A stretch of DNA of 64,000 nt from Fimicolochytrium jonesii (GCF_025526975.1 NW_026515681.1:62001-126000); one strand, 5' to 3'; positions 26,910-37,964 are shown, numbered from the stretch's first letter. Made by a program: numbers and translations. The notes: generated from the sequence alone by a model not told the origin.

Positions 26910-29900
26910 AGGCCGAGCAGCTGGGCAACACCTGTCCTGGGCCTTCTCACCACGCAAGTACTGCCAAGGGAGAAGCCACAAAACCTTGCTCCGATCCTGG
27001 CATCTCCAGCAACACCCTTCTCCTGACCACCAACAATGTCAATCTCCTATCTGAGATACCCTCACCCATGCGGACTTTGGGCCCATCCTCACCATTCGAG
27101 TACCCTGTTACCCTGCAGATATCGGCCCAGCGAGCTCCAGTTCAGCTTTCAGCACTACTCGACACCGGTGCGATGTCGTGCTTCATCGACGAAAGGTATG
27201 CCCGCAAGCACCGCATCCCACTTGTCAAGAAGGAGGACCCCATTGCGCTTGAACTGGTTGACGGACGTCCCAGCCATGCGGGCTCCATTACCCATCACAC
27301 CCAACCTTTGGGCATGTGGGTCAACGACCATTTTGAGGAGGTGGTATTCCATGTGACATGTTCCCCGCATGCGCCAATCATCCTGGGGCTTCCCTGGTTT
27401 GAGCTCCATGATGTGGAGCTACATTGGAAGACTCGCACTCTTTGCGTCCGCTGCCATTGCGGTTTTGGACAATACGCCTCCTGGGATGCCCCGCCAACAG
27501 AACCTAGCCCGAAGCCCTCAAGAACCCCTGAACCTCTGATCCGTATCCATCAAGACGAGATTTCAGTCTCCCTAGCCCAGACACCCAACACACTGGACCC
27601 AGCACCCACACTGATCCACGTATCGTTTATCAGCGCCCCAGCTTTCCGTGTGGCGGCAAGGCATGACCAGGCATTCATTGCCTACGCCAATCCGACCAAG
27701 TCAGATTCCCAAGCCCTGGCGACCACTCCTCCAAAAGATCCGAAGGCCATCATTCCTGAAGAATACCAAGATTTTGCAGACGTCTTCGCCAAGAAGAACG
27801 CGGATACCCTCCCAGAGCACCGACCCTACGACTGTCCCATCGACTTAGAAGAGGGCAAACAGCCACAGTTCGGCCCGATCTATAGTCTCAGCGAGCCTGA
27901 AATGCAGGCACTCTGTGACTACCTTGAAGAGAACCTAGCTAAGGGGTTCATCAAGCACTCCAAGTCTCCCGCCAGTGCCCCAGTCCCCTTTGTCAAGAAA
28001 AAGGACGGTTCCCTCCGTCTGTGCGTCGACTATCGTGGACTCAACAATATCACCATCAAGAATCGCTATCCCTTGCCCTTGATTAACAGCATCATGGATC
28101 GTCTTCGAGGGGCACGCCGGCTCACCAAGATTGACCTCCGGGGAGCCTACAACCTTCTTCGGATCCGGCCAGGGGATGAATGGAAGACAGCGTTCCGATG
28201 TCGCTACGGCTTATTCGAGTATAATGTCATGCCGTTTGGGCTCACCAATGCCCCTGGAGTATTCCAACACCTCATGAACGACATATTCCGTGACATTCTC
28301 GACGTTTTTGTTGTGGTCTACCTTGACGACATTCTGATCTTCTCAAAAAACCCAGAAGACCACCCCAACCACGTCCGAGAGGTGCTCTCACGACTCCGCC
28401 AGCACGGGCTGTATGCGAAACCGGAAAAATGCGAATTCAACCGTGACTCTGTTGAGTTCCTGGGGTTTATCATCTCCCAGAAGGGCATTTCCATGGACCC
28501 AAAGAAGACGGCTGCCATTACCGAATGGGAACCCCCAACGAATGTCAAAGGCATCCAGCGCTTCCTTGGTTTTGCCAACTTCTACCGGCGATTCATCAAA
28601 GGGTACTCTGCGATCGTTGCACCCCTGACCACGCTCACTCGCAAAGACTTGCCATTCAAATGGACCCACGCTGCACACCTAGCTTTTGAAACCCTCAAGA
28701 AAGCCTTCACCTCCGCACCTATCCTGACTCACCCCGACCCTGACAAGCCCTTCATTGTCGAATCCGATGCCTCCGACTTTGCCCTTGGCGCCGTCCTCCT
28801 TCAACCCGATGACACAGATCAACTCCACCCCGTGGCCTTTCACTCCCGCAAATTTACTCCTGAGGAAATCAACTATGAGATCTACGACAAGGAACTCCTG
28901 GCTATCCAAGACTCATTTGCTCAATGGCGACACCACCTCATTGGTGCCCGCCACAAGGTCATCGTTTACTGTGACCACAAGAACCTCCAGTACTTCATGA
29001 CTACCCGTACCCTCAACCGCCGCCAATCCCGCTGGTCAATCTTCTTTGCTGATTTCGACTTTGTCATCACATACCGCCCTGGTACCCAGCAACACCAAGC
29101 TGACGCCCTCTCTCGTCGCTCTGAATACGAGCTAAGGGAGGGGGAAGAAGCATTCCGCTCCCAGGAAACCACGATCCTCACCCCTGACCATCTCCGCCTG
29201 GCCGCCACTTATCTGACCCCACTGGACTCCTCGCTCCTTGACCAAATCAAAGCTGCCCTGGCATCCGATGTGTTTGCGCAAACCATCCGGCGACAGCTTA
29301 GGGCCCCCATTGCCCAGCAATCTCAAGAAGACCAAGAACGGATAAAGCGATTCTCCGAGGAAAATGGGGTTCTGCTGTACGACAACCTTGTCTACGTCCC
29401 CACCAACAAGCTCCGTGCTGAGATCTGCCGGGACATGCATGACACGCGTTTGGCAGGACACTACGGCATGTCAAAGACCCTGGAGCTCATCTCACGCAAC
29501 TACTGGTGGCCTAGCCAGTGGCGTTTTGTCAAGTCCTACATCAGGTCCTGCGACGTATGTGCTCAAGCCAAGACCAGCAGACACAAGCCCTACGGTCTCC
29601 TCCAACCCCTGCAGGTCCCTGACCGCCCCTGGGGGTCAATTTCCATGGACTTCATCACGGATCTACCCGCCAGTGATGGGGTTGATTCTGTGCTCGTTGT
29701 CATCTGCCGGTTCACCAAGATGGCGCACTTTGTACCGTGCAGGAAAACTGCCACCGCTGAATCAACTGCAGATCTGATCTGGCACCATGTCATCCGGCTC
29801 CACGGACTCCCCGACGATATTGTATCTGACCGTGGCCCACAGTTCAACTCCCACTTCTGGAAACGTCTCTTCGCTCTCCTGGGAACCAAGGTCAACCTCT

Positions 29901-30736
29901 CATCGGCGTTCCATCCCCAGAGCGATGGACAAACCGAGCAGACCAATCAGATTCTTGAGCAATACCTTCGCTGCTTTTGCAACTATCAACAAGATAACTG
30001 GAAGGAACTCTTGTCTTCTGCTGAGTTCTCTTACAATAACACCATCCACTCCGCCACCCAGACAACCCCCGTCTACGCCAACTATGGGTTCCATCCTCGA
30101 TTCAGTCTGGCTTCCGCCACCACAACCGAATCCCTTAATCCTGCAGCCGAAGCTCGTGCCAACCATCTCAAGGAAATCCATGAACAGCTTGCCACTGAGC
30201 TCAAGGAGGCCCAAGGACGCATGAAGCGCTTTGCCGATGCTAAGAGGGCACCTGGCCCAGACATGAAACCCGGGGACAGTGTCTGGCTCTTACAGCGGAA
30301 TCTCAAGACTCTCCGACCTTCCCAGAAACTTGATCACCGTAAGATTGGCCCCTTCACAATCACGGAGAAGATCAACTCGGTCACATATCGCCTCAAGCTT
30401 CCCCCATCCTACAAAATTCACAACGTCTTCCATGTCTCCCTTCTTGAACCACGTTTCACCATTCCGGAGCGAACTGAGCCAGAACCCACCCCACCAGAAG
30501 AAGTCGAAGGACAGGTGGAATGGATTGTGGAAGACATTCTTGACTCCCGTATTCGACGCACGCACCTTCAGTACCTCATCAAGTGGCAGGGTTGGCCAAG
30601 CTCAGAGAACACATGGGAGCCAGTGGAACACCTTGCCCGATGTCAAGAGCTTGTTGCCCAGTTCCACCAAAAGTACCCCGACAAACCCCGACCAAAGCCT
30701 GCCAACATCAAAACAACATCCGGACGCCGTGGCTAA
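26882..30736 (+). CDS. pol: Pol of element 1 (protease, RT, RNase H, integrase, chromodomain), probably expressed by -1 frameshift
   Basis: LLDTGA, YLDD, ESDASDFALGAVL, YDKELLAI, HHCC zinc finger, SMDFI..SDRG..QTE, and chromodomain YLIKWQGWPSSENTWEP. The frame is open from the slippery site at 26882 to the ATG at 27068. Confidence 0.95.
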   Translation, partial: GFCPSPAAVKAEQLGNTCPGPSHHASTAKGEATKPCSDPGISSNTLLLTTNNVNLLSEIPSPMRTLGPSSPFEYPVTLQISAQRAPVQLSALLDTGAMSCFIDERYARKHRIPLVKKEDPIALELVDGRPSHAGSITHHTQPLGMWVNDHFEEVVFHVTCSPHAPIILGLPWFELHDVELHWKTRTLCVRCHCGFGQYASWDAPPTEPSPKPSRTPEPLIRIHQDEISVSLAQTPNTLDPAPTLIHVSFISAPAFRVAARHDQAFIAYANPTKSDSQALATTPPKDPKAIIPEEYQDFADVFAKKNADTLPEHRPYDCPIDLEEGKQPQFGPIYSLSEPEMQALCDYLEENLAKGFIKHSKSPASAPVPFVKKKDGSLRLCVDYRGLNNITIKNRYPLPLINSIMDRLRGARRLTKIDLRGAYNLLRIRPGDEWKTAFRCRYGLFEYNVMPFGLTNAPGVFQHLMNDIFRDILDVFVVVYLDDILIFSKNPEDHPNHVREVLSRLRQHGLYAKPEKCEFNRDSVEFLGFIISQKGISMDPKKTAAITEWEPPTNVKGIQRFLGFANFYRRFIKGYSAIVAPLTTLTRKDLPFKWTHAAHLAFETLKKAFTSAPILTHPDPDKPFIVESDASDFALGAVLLQPDDTDQLHPVAFHSRKFTPEEINYEIYDKELLAIQDSFAQWRHHLIGARHKVIVYCDHKNLQYFMTTRTLNRRQSRWSIFFADFDFVITYRPGTQQHQADALSRRSEYELREGEEAFRSQETTILTPDHLRLAATYLTPLDSSLLDQIKAALASDVFAQTIRRQLRAPIAQQSQEDQERIKRFSEENGVLLYDNLVYVPTNKLRAEICRDMHDTRLAGHYGMSKTLELISRNYWWPSQWRFVKSYIRSCDVCAQAKTSRHKPYGLLQPLQVPDRPWGSISMDFITDLPASDGVDSVLVVICRFTKMAHFVPCRKTATAESTADLIWHHVIRLHGLPDDIVSDRGPQFNSHFWKRLFALLGTKVNLSSAFHPQSDGQTEQTNQILEQYLRCFCNYQQDNWKELLSSAEFSYNNTIHSATQTTPVYANYGFHPRFSLASATTTESLNPAAEARANHLKEIHEQLATELKEAQGRMKRFADAKRAPGPDMKPGDSVWLLQRNLKTLRPSQKLDHRKIGPFTITEKINSVTYRLKLPPSYKIHNVFHVSLLEPRFTIPERTEPEPTPPEEVEGQVEWIVEDILDSRIRRTHLQYLIKWQGWPSSENTWEPVEHLARCQELVAQFHQKYPDKPRPKPANIKTTSGRRG

Positions 30737-30748
30737 AGGAGGGGGTGA

Positions 30749-31278
30749 TGTTATGGACGACGCGTCCATACCATGCGCTTACCTCATGACAGCATCCCAA
30801 CAGTCAGTCAATGTCAATTCCCTGTCAAAACCTGACATCTGCCAAACCTCACAGCCGCACGCAGCCGCGCTACCCCACACCTGCCACTGCCTTCATTTCT
30901 CCACGCAGCCGCACGTAGCCACACCTCCCAACACTCGGCGCTTACAAACCCTTCTCCATACTTCCCCACGTACCCGCCCACAGCCTCAGCGTAGCCACCC
31001 CATCCCCAGTCTTCTGTTTCTATGCTTCCCCACCCTTGGCGCTTCTCTTGGCTTCCCTCTCATTCCGTACCCTTCTGCTTCCCCACGCTTCCCCAGCCTT
31101 CCCAGAAAAACATAAATAGCCGCCTCCCCTGAGCTCCCCACTTCCTGATCCCCCAGCAGATCAACACCAGTTCTTCCTAGTCTTGTTCTAGTTCTTGTTT
31201 CGGTCTGAATACTATTACCTGTCAACAACCTGCACCACAAGTCGCCTCTATTTCCGTCGGCTCCGCCCATTCATAACA
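30749..31278 (+). repeat. 3' LTR of element 1
   Basis: Follows the PPT, ends CATAACA, then the TSD GTACG. Confidence 0.97.
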
Positions 31279-32487
31279 GTACGCTGGCTATGGCGGTGCA
31301 CCTGGGTTCCCATCGGGTCCGTATAGCGTCCCCAGTACTCCGCATAGACCGTCCTCCTTGGGCCACCTCTTGCGCACCACTCCACTCGCTCTTGCACCCC
31401 TCCGGAACACAGAGACCCCACCTGTCGGGCAGGATACGCCGGACTGTATAGCCAACCACATCGCCTCGGTGCTTGAGGATACACTGGAGTTGGAGGATAC
31501 ACTGGAGTTGGGAGATCCCCCTTCTCGCAACATCTTTTCGAACCAGGAAGCGCTTTCCACCCAGGAAGCGCTTCTGGAGATTGGGGCCACCCAGAAGGCA
31601 AGGGTTCAGAACCCCGGGGTGGCCACGCAGAAGAGTGCAAAACCGGGACCGAAAAAATGCAAAACCAACTTCTCCTTGGCCCAAGACGTTGCCCTGACAC
31701 GGGCTTGGATTCACACCTCTGAAAACCCCGTCCTGGGTACGGGACAAAGGAAGTCCTACTTCTGGGCCCAGGTCGCCGAGAAATTCAATCAGAGTTGCAT
31801 GGAAAACGGGTGGGAGCCACGCACAACTGACTCGGTTGAAACCCGCTGGCACAAGCAGATACAGAAGGACTGTCAGGCCTGGGCGGGGCTATACGCCCAG
31901 GGGAAGTCACAACAGAAGAGCGGTTGGGCTGAGGCCGATTACTGCGAATTCGCCAACAGTAGTTGGAAAAATCTTCACAACGGAAGCGCCTTTCGATTCC
32001 CGGACTGTATGAAGATACTTGAGCTCTCTCCCCGTTGGAGCCGCGGGGGAGAGGATGGTACCCCTGGGTCCGCCTCCCAGGGGTCCACCATAGGCACCCC
32101 AACACCGGAATTTAAGGGGAATAAGCGGATGTCAGATGGAGACCCCAGGCCATTGGGCCAGGAACGCGCAAAGGAATTGGCCCGCGCCGGGGCCCGTGAA
32201 AGCGAAGAAGCAAAGCTCTTCAAGAGACATCTGGAAATGAAGGAACTTGGTATGAAGGTCAACCATATGAGGGAGAAGCGCAAGGAGGCTCTACAAGCAA
32301 GCAAGCTCAAGCGCGCGGCTCAGATCGACGCCTGGCTGGAGAAATCTTTATGCTACTCGGATTGGGTCGGTGAAGAGCTTTGCGAACTGGCGGGATCCGA
32401 TTACGAGAGTGAAGAAGATGAAGTGAAGAGGCGCGTGTATTCAACCCGCGGGGGTAGCGTCCCCGCGGGCAGGAACACGGCCAAAGC

Positions 32488-33011
32488 TGTTATGGACGTC
32501 GCGCCCATACCATAAGCTTACCTACTGACAGCCGCCAATGTCAACCGCCAAATGTCAAACGCCAATGTCAGTGTCAATGTCAGTGTCAATGTCAGTGTCA
32601 ATGCCACTCCCCCTCTCTCCTCTCATTTCGCCAATCCTCTTGCAATATCGCCACTCCTCCTCTCTCCTCTCATTTCGCCAATCCCCCCTCAGCTTCTCCA
32701 CACCCCCACTGCTTCCCCATAGCCAGCAGCTGTAGCAATGCTCTCTACGCTCGCCACGCACGCTCTAGGAGCATAGCTGGCGCCCCCCAGTCCCCTCTTG
32801 TTGTTGTTGTTCTCTGATCTGCTGGGTTGCCTATCTATAAATAGCCGGCCTCTCTTCGTCCATTCCCTTCCTCCCCAGCAGATCAACACCAGTTCTTCTC
32901 ATCTCCTGTTCTAGTCCTTGTTTCTTGTTTTGCCAATACAATCTCTTGTCGCCTATCACACTCGCCCTGTCTTCTCTACTTCGCTTCCACCCCGTCGTCG
33001 AGATCATAACA
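32488..33011 (+). repeat. 5' LTR of element 2 (524 bp) with a TGTCA(A/G) hexamer array
   Basis: TGTTATG...CATAACA; repeat of 37977-38509. Confidence 0.95.
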
Positions 33012-33080
33012 GTTTGATCTGCTCCAACACTGCGAAGTTCAGAACCTGTCCAGCCCTGCGTCCGACAAACCTTTTTCGCC

Positions 33081-34079
33081 ATGTCCCGACCCGAATCCGT
33101 ACCTTTCACCGCCAAGCAATGGAACGATATGTGCCAAGCCATCGCCGCCTTGCAAAGCCAAAACGCCAACTTGCAGGCCAACCTAGCGCAAGCCCAAGCC
33201 GATGCACAAGCTGCCCAGAGCATCGCCGCCCAGGTTCAAGCCGATACGTACGCCCGTCCCCAAGTCGCCAACCCTGCTCTGGAGCCAAGAATCAGCTTGC
33301 CCGAGAAGTTTGATGGTACCCGCAGCAAATTCCGTGGGTGGTTGAACAACATCCGGTTGATGTTTGCTCTCCAGCCCGACCGCTACCCCAGCAACATCAT
33401 CAAGATCCAAACTATTGGCACCTACCTCACCGGCACTGCGCAAGCCTGGATGGCGCCCCTAGTCGAACGCCAAGATCACAGCCTTCAGGACTTCAATAGT
33501 TTTATCAGTCAGATGCAATCGGTCTTCGGAGACAGCGACAGGGTCCGCACCTCTGAAAACAAGCTCCAGAACCTTCGCCAAACCCGTGCAGCAACCGAGT
33601 ACGTCGCTGAGTTCCGCCAGCTACAATGCGATGTCTCCTGGAACGACCAGGCCCTGATTGCTACCTTCCGCCGTGGCCTCAAAGAAGACGTCAAAGACCT
33701 GATGCTCACAATGCCCCCTGCGGCCACCATTGATGTGGTGATGGAGCAGGCTATCCAGTGCGATAACCGGCTGTTTGAGCGCCGCCTGGAGCGAAACAGA
33801 AGCCGCCAGACCTTCCCGGTTCCCCACACCTCGTTTACTACTACCACCACTGTCGACCACAGCGAGCCTATGCAGATTGACGCCGCTCGTCCCCGCGGCC
33901 CTCTGAGCCCTCAGGAACGCCAACGCCGCATTTCCAACAACCTCTGCCTTTACTGCGGTGGCGCGGGGCACATTGCAAAAGTCTGCCCCGTCAAGAACAA
34001 GACCACCACCCGTGCCGCCAACGTCGACATCAAAGAACCCTCCACCGAACAGGGTTTTCCCAAAGTCCAGCCGCAGTAA
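33081..34079 (+). CDS. gag: Gag of element 2
   Basis: EPRISLPEKFDGTRSKFRG; zinc knuckle CLYCGGAGHIAKVC. Confidence 0.95.
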   Translation: MSRPESVPFTAKQWNDMCQAIAALQSQNANLQANLAQAQADAQAAQSIAAQVQADTYARPQVANPALEPRISLPEKFDGTRSKFRGWLNNIRLMFALQPDRYPSNIIKIQTIGTYLTGTAQAWMAPLVERQDHSLQDFNSFISQMQSVFGDSDRVRTSENKLQNLRQTRAATEYVAEFRQLQCDVSWNDQALIATFRRGLKEDVKDLMLTMPPAATIDVVMEQAIQCDNRLFERRLERNRSRQTFPVPHTSFTTTTTVDHSEPMQIDAARPRGPLSPQERQRRISNNLCLYCGGAGHIAKVCPVKNKTTTRAANVDIKEPSTEQGFPKVQPQ

Positions 34080-37000
34080 AGCCCCAGCGACTGGACAACA
34101 CACACCGCCCCGGGCCTCCTAACCTCGCAGCTCCTGCAACGGGAGAGGCCACCCCCCTGGTTCCCGACTCCGTTATAGCCGACACAACCCTCCTAGCCGC
34201 TGCCCATGTCGAAAACTCCGAAATTAACCCCCGCGCCATGCTTGCGCTGGGTCCCGTCGAACCCTTCAACTACCCCGTTACCATCATGGTATCATCCAGC
34301 CGCGCCCCGATACCTACCTCAGCCATGATCGACAACGGTGCCCTGTCCTGCTTCATCGACAGAGACTTTGCCCGCAAACACCGCATCGCCCTAGTCCCGC
34401 ATCAGCGTCCACTGACGATCGAACTCGTTGACGGTCAACCCAGCTCTGCTGGGCCAATCACCCATCACACCCAACCAGTAGGCATGTGGGTCGACGACCA
34501 CTTCGAAGAACTCGTCTTCCATGTCACCAAATCACCCCATGCTCCAATCCTCCTTGGTCTCCCCTGGCTCCGCCTCCACGACATTAACCTTGACTTCAAG
34601 AACCTTTCGGTCGGTTTCCGTTGCGACTGTCAGTACCATGAATTCGCGAATTGGGACAACTCTCCAGCACCCCCGAGCCCAGCACCCGCCAGAACCCCCG
34701 AGCCCTTGATCCGCATCCCCCAGGATGAAGTCCCCGTCGACGAAACATGGTCGATTCCAGTACCCAAGGTATCTCGCTCCAGCACCCCAGAACCGGCTCC
34801 CACGCCGCTCCGAGTCTCGTTCATCTCCGCCCCAGCCTTCCGGGTCGCAGCAAGGCATGACCAGGTCTTTGTCGCCTACGCCAACCCTGCGAAACCCGAT
34901 CTCCCGGCCTCGCCTAGCCCCAGTAACCCCCCGACACCCGAGAAAGACATCAAAGACTTCCTGCCCCCCGAAGTATCAAGACTTCGCCGACGTTTTCAAA
35001 AAGAGAAATGCTGACACTCTCCCCGAGCACCGGCCCTACGACTGTCCAATCGATCTGGAAGAAGGCAAGCAGCCACCTTTCGGCCCGATCTACAGCCTCA
35101 GCGAACCAGAAATGAAGGCACTCTGCGAATACCTCGAAGAAAACCTCGCCAAAGGATTCATCAAACCCTCAAAGTCCCCTGCCGGTGCGCCAGTCTTATT
35201 CGTGAAGAAAAAGGACGGTTCTCTCCGCCTCTGCGTCGATTATCGAGGCCTGAACAGCATCACGGTGAAGAATCGCTACCCCCTGCCCCTGATCAACGGT
35301 ATCATGGATCGTTTGCGCGGCGCCCGCCGTCTCACCAAGATCGACCTCCTGCGGCGCTTATAACCTCTTACGCATGCGCCCGGGCGATGAATGGAAGACC
35401 AGCCTTCCGCTGCCGCTACGGCCTATTCGAATACAATGTCATGCCCTTGGACTCAGCAATGCTCCTGGCGTCTTCCAGTACCTGATGAACGACATCTTCT
35501 GCGACATTCTCGATGTGTTTGTTGTCGTCTACCTCGACGATATCCTGATATTCTCCAAGAACCCCGAAGATCACCCCAAACATGTCCGCGAAGTCTTGTC
35601 CCGCCTCCGACAGCATGGGTTGTACGCCAAACCAGAGAAGTGCGAATTCAACCGCGAATCCGTTGAGTTCCTAGGCTTCATCATCTCCGAGAAAGGCATC
35701 CAGATGGACCCCAAGAAGATCGCTGCCATCACGGATTGGGAACCTCCCAAGACTGTCAAAGGCGTCCAGCGGTTCCTCGGCTTTGCCAACTTCTATCGCC
35801 GATTCATCCAAGGTTATTCCAAGATCGCTACCCCGCTCACAGCCCTGACCCGGAAAGACATCCCGTACGCCTGGACACCCGCCGCAAACACCGCCTTCGA
35901 GAACCTGAAGAAAGCATTCACCACCGCCCCCATCCTTGCTCACCCTGACCCAGAGAAGCCCTTCGTCGTCGAAACTGACGCCTCCGACTTCGCTCTTGGC
36001 GCAGTTCTCCTCCAACCTGACCAGGACAATCAGCTCCACCCCGTGGCCTTCCACTCTCGCAAATTCACGGCCGAAGAGATCAACTACGAGATCTACGACA
36101 AGGAACTTCTGGCCATCCAAGACTCCTTTGCCCAGTGGCGACACCATCTCATTGGCGCCCGTCACAAGATCACCGTTTACTCCGACCATAAAAACCTTCA
36201 GTACTTCATGACCACCCGCACCCTGAACCGCCGCCAAGCCCGCTGGTCGATATTCTTCTCGGATTTTGACTTTGTCATTACCTATCGCCCCGGTTCCCAG
36301 CAGCACCAAGCCGATGCCCTCTCCCGACGCTCCGAACATGAGCTAAAAAAGGGGGAAGAAGCGTTCCGCTCCCAGGCAACCACAATTTTGACTCCCGAAC
36401 GCCTTCGACTCGCCGCGGCCTACCTCACACCCATGGATACCACGCTGCTTGACAAGATTAAGGCCGCCCAGGCCTCTGATCCCCTCGCTAAGACCATTCG
36501 CAAAAAGCTCAAGATACCCCTCGCCCAACGAACCGAGGAAACCCAAGATCGTATCAAGCGGTTCTCAGATGAAGATGGGATCCTGCTGCACGATAACCTG
36601 GTCTATGTCCCCACCAACGAGCTCCGAGCTGAAGTCTGCCACGACATGCACGATACACCCCTAGCCGGCCACTTTGGGATGTCCAAGACGCTCGAACTCG
36701 CCTCCCGCAACTACTGGTGGCCCAGCCAGTGGCGCTTCGTCAAGGCCTACGTCAAGTCCTGCGATACCTGTAGCCAAGCGAAATCCAGTCGACACAAACC
36801 ATATGGCCTACTCCAGCCCAACAGTATCCCTACCCGCCCTTGGGGATCTTGGTCCCTGGACTTTATCACCGGTCTGCCTCCCGTGGACGGGTACGACTCC
36901 ATCCTGAACGTCAACTGTCGCCTCACCAAGATGGCCCACTTCATCGCCTGCAGCGAGTCAGAATCCGCCGAATCCACCGCCGACCTAGTCTTCCACAACA

Positions 37001-37964
37001 TCATCCGTCTCCACGGCCTCCCCGACGACGTCATCTCTGACCGAGGACCCCAGTTTAAGTCCCGGTTCTGGCGTCGACTTCTCGAACTCCTTGGGGCAAA
37101 AGCCAACCTCTCCTCGGCCTTCCACCCCCAGAGCGATGGCCAGACGGAACGCACCAACCAGATCCTGGAGCAGTATCTCCGATGCTTTTGCAACCACCAA
37201 CAGGACAACTGGAAACAGCTTCTGTCGTCCGCCGAGTTCGCCTACAACAACACCCACCAGTCCGCCTCCCAGACCACCCCCTTCTACGCCAACAAGGGTC
37301 TCCACCCCCGCTTCAGTTTCGCGGCCTCTGCTACCTCCGAATCCGTCAACCCCGCCGCTGAAGCCCGCGCTAAACAAATCAGGGAAGTCCATGAACAGCT
37401 CGCCCTCGAGCTCAAGGAGCCCAAGATCAAATGAAGCGCTACGCCGACGCTAAACGAATTCCTGGACCGGACTTCAAGCCTGGCGACCACGTCTGGCTCC
37501 TCCGCAAAAACCTCCAGACAACCCGGCCCTCTCAGAAACTCGACCATCGCAAGATTGGGCCATTCCCCATCGTTGAAAAAATCAATCCCGTCGCCTACCG
37601 GCTCAAGCTCCCGCCTACGTACAAAATCCACGATGTCTTCCATGTCTCGCTCCTCGAACCCCGCTTCACCATCCCCGAACGACACGAACCCGAACCCGCG
37701 CCCCCAGAGACCGTTGAGGGTCAAGAAGAGTGGGTTGTCGAAGCCATCCTTGACTCTCGCATCCATTGTCGTCGCCTTCAGTACTTGGTCAAATGGCAGG
37801 GCTGGCCTGACTCCGAGAACACCTGGGAGCCCGTGGAACACCTCACCCATACCGACGCACTCCTCCAGGACTTCCACAGCGCGTACCCCAACAAGCCTTC
37901 CTCTGTCCCCGTAGCACCTCCTCTGCGGCCACACCAAACTCGACGCCGCCGCCGCCGCCGCTAA
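34052..37964 (+). pseudogene. pol: Pol of element 2 broken by about five 1-bp indels (real decay or consensus error)
   Basis: The domains are split over ORFs 34238, 34725, 35374 and 37431. Indels relative to element 1 lie near 34965, 35350, 35400, 35448 and 37419. Confidence 0.85.

Larger units (their letters stand above)
25402..31278 (+). mobile_element. Full-length Ty3/Gypsy chromovirus LTR retrotransposon (element 1), apparently intact
   Basis: 530-bp LTRs (TGTTATG...CATAACA); 5-bp TSD GTACG at 25397-25401 and 31279-31283; PPT AAAGGAGGGGG before the 3' LTR; intact gag and pol. Confidence 0.97.
25377..32487 (+). pseudogene. PIF/Harbinger-type Myb/SANT (NAM-associated) ORF, interrupted after codon 8 by retroelement 1 and truncated by retroelement 2
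   Basis: Removing element 1 and one TSD copy restores MNPFNSPYAGYGGAPGFPSGP.., in frame with ORF 31358. Motifs: NFSLAQDVALTRAW..NPVLGTGQRKSYFW..SVETRW..KSGW..FRFPDC..PRW..RPLGQERAK. TATA-like TTATAAATAG at 25281-25290. Confidence 0.8.

Noticed and set aside
30279..31115. 278-aa ORF spanning the pol end and 3' LTR (possible env or extra ORF)
   Set aside because: An off-frame overlap running into LTR sequence, with no counterpart in element 2.
32538..32602. Short tandem repeats as a possible CRISPR-like array
   Set aside because: A simple hexamer microsatellite inside an LTR, with no spacers or cas genes; the context is eukaryotic.
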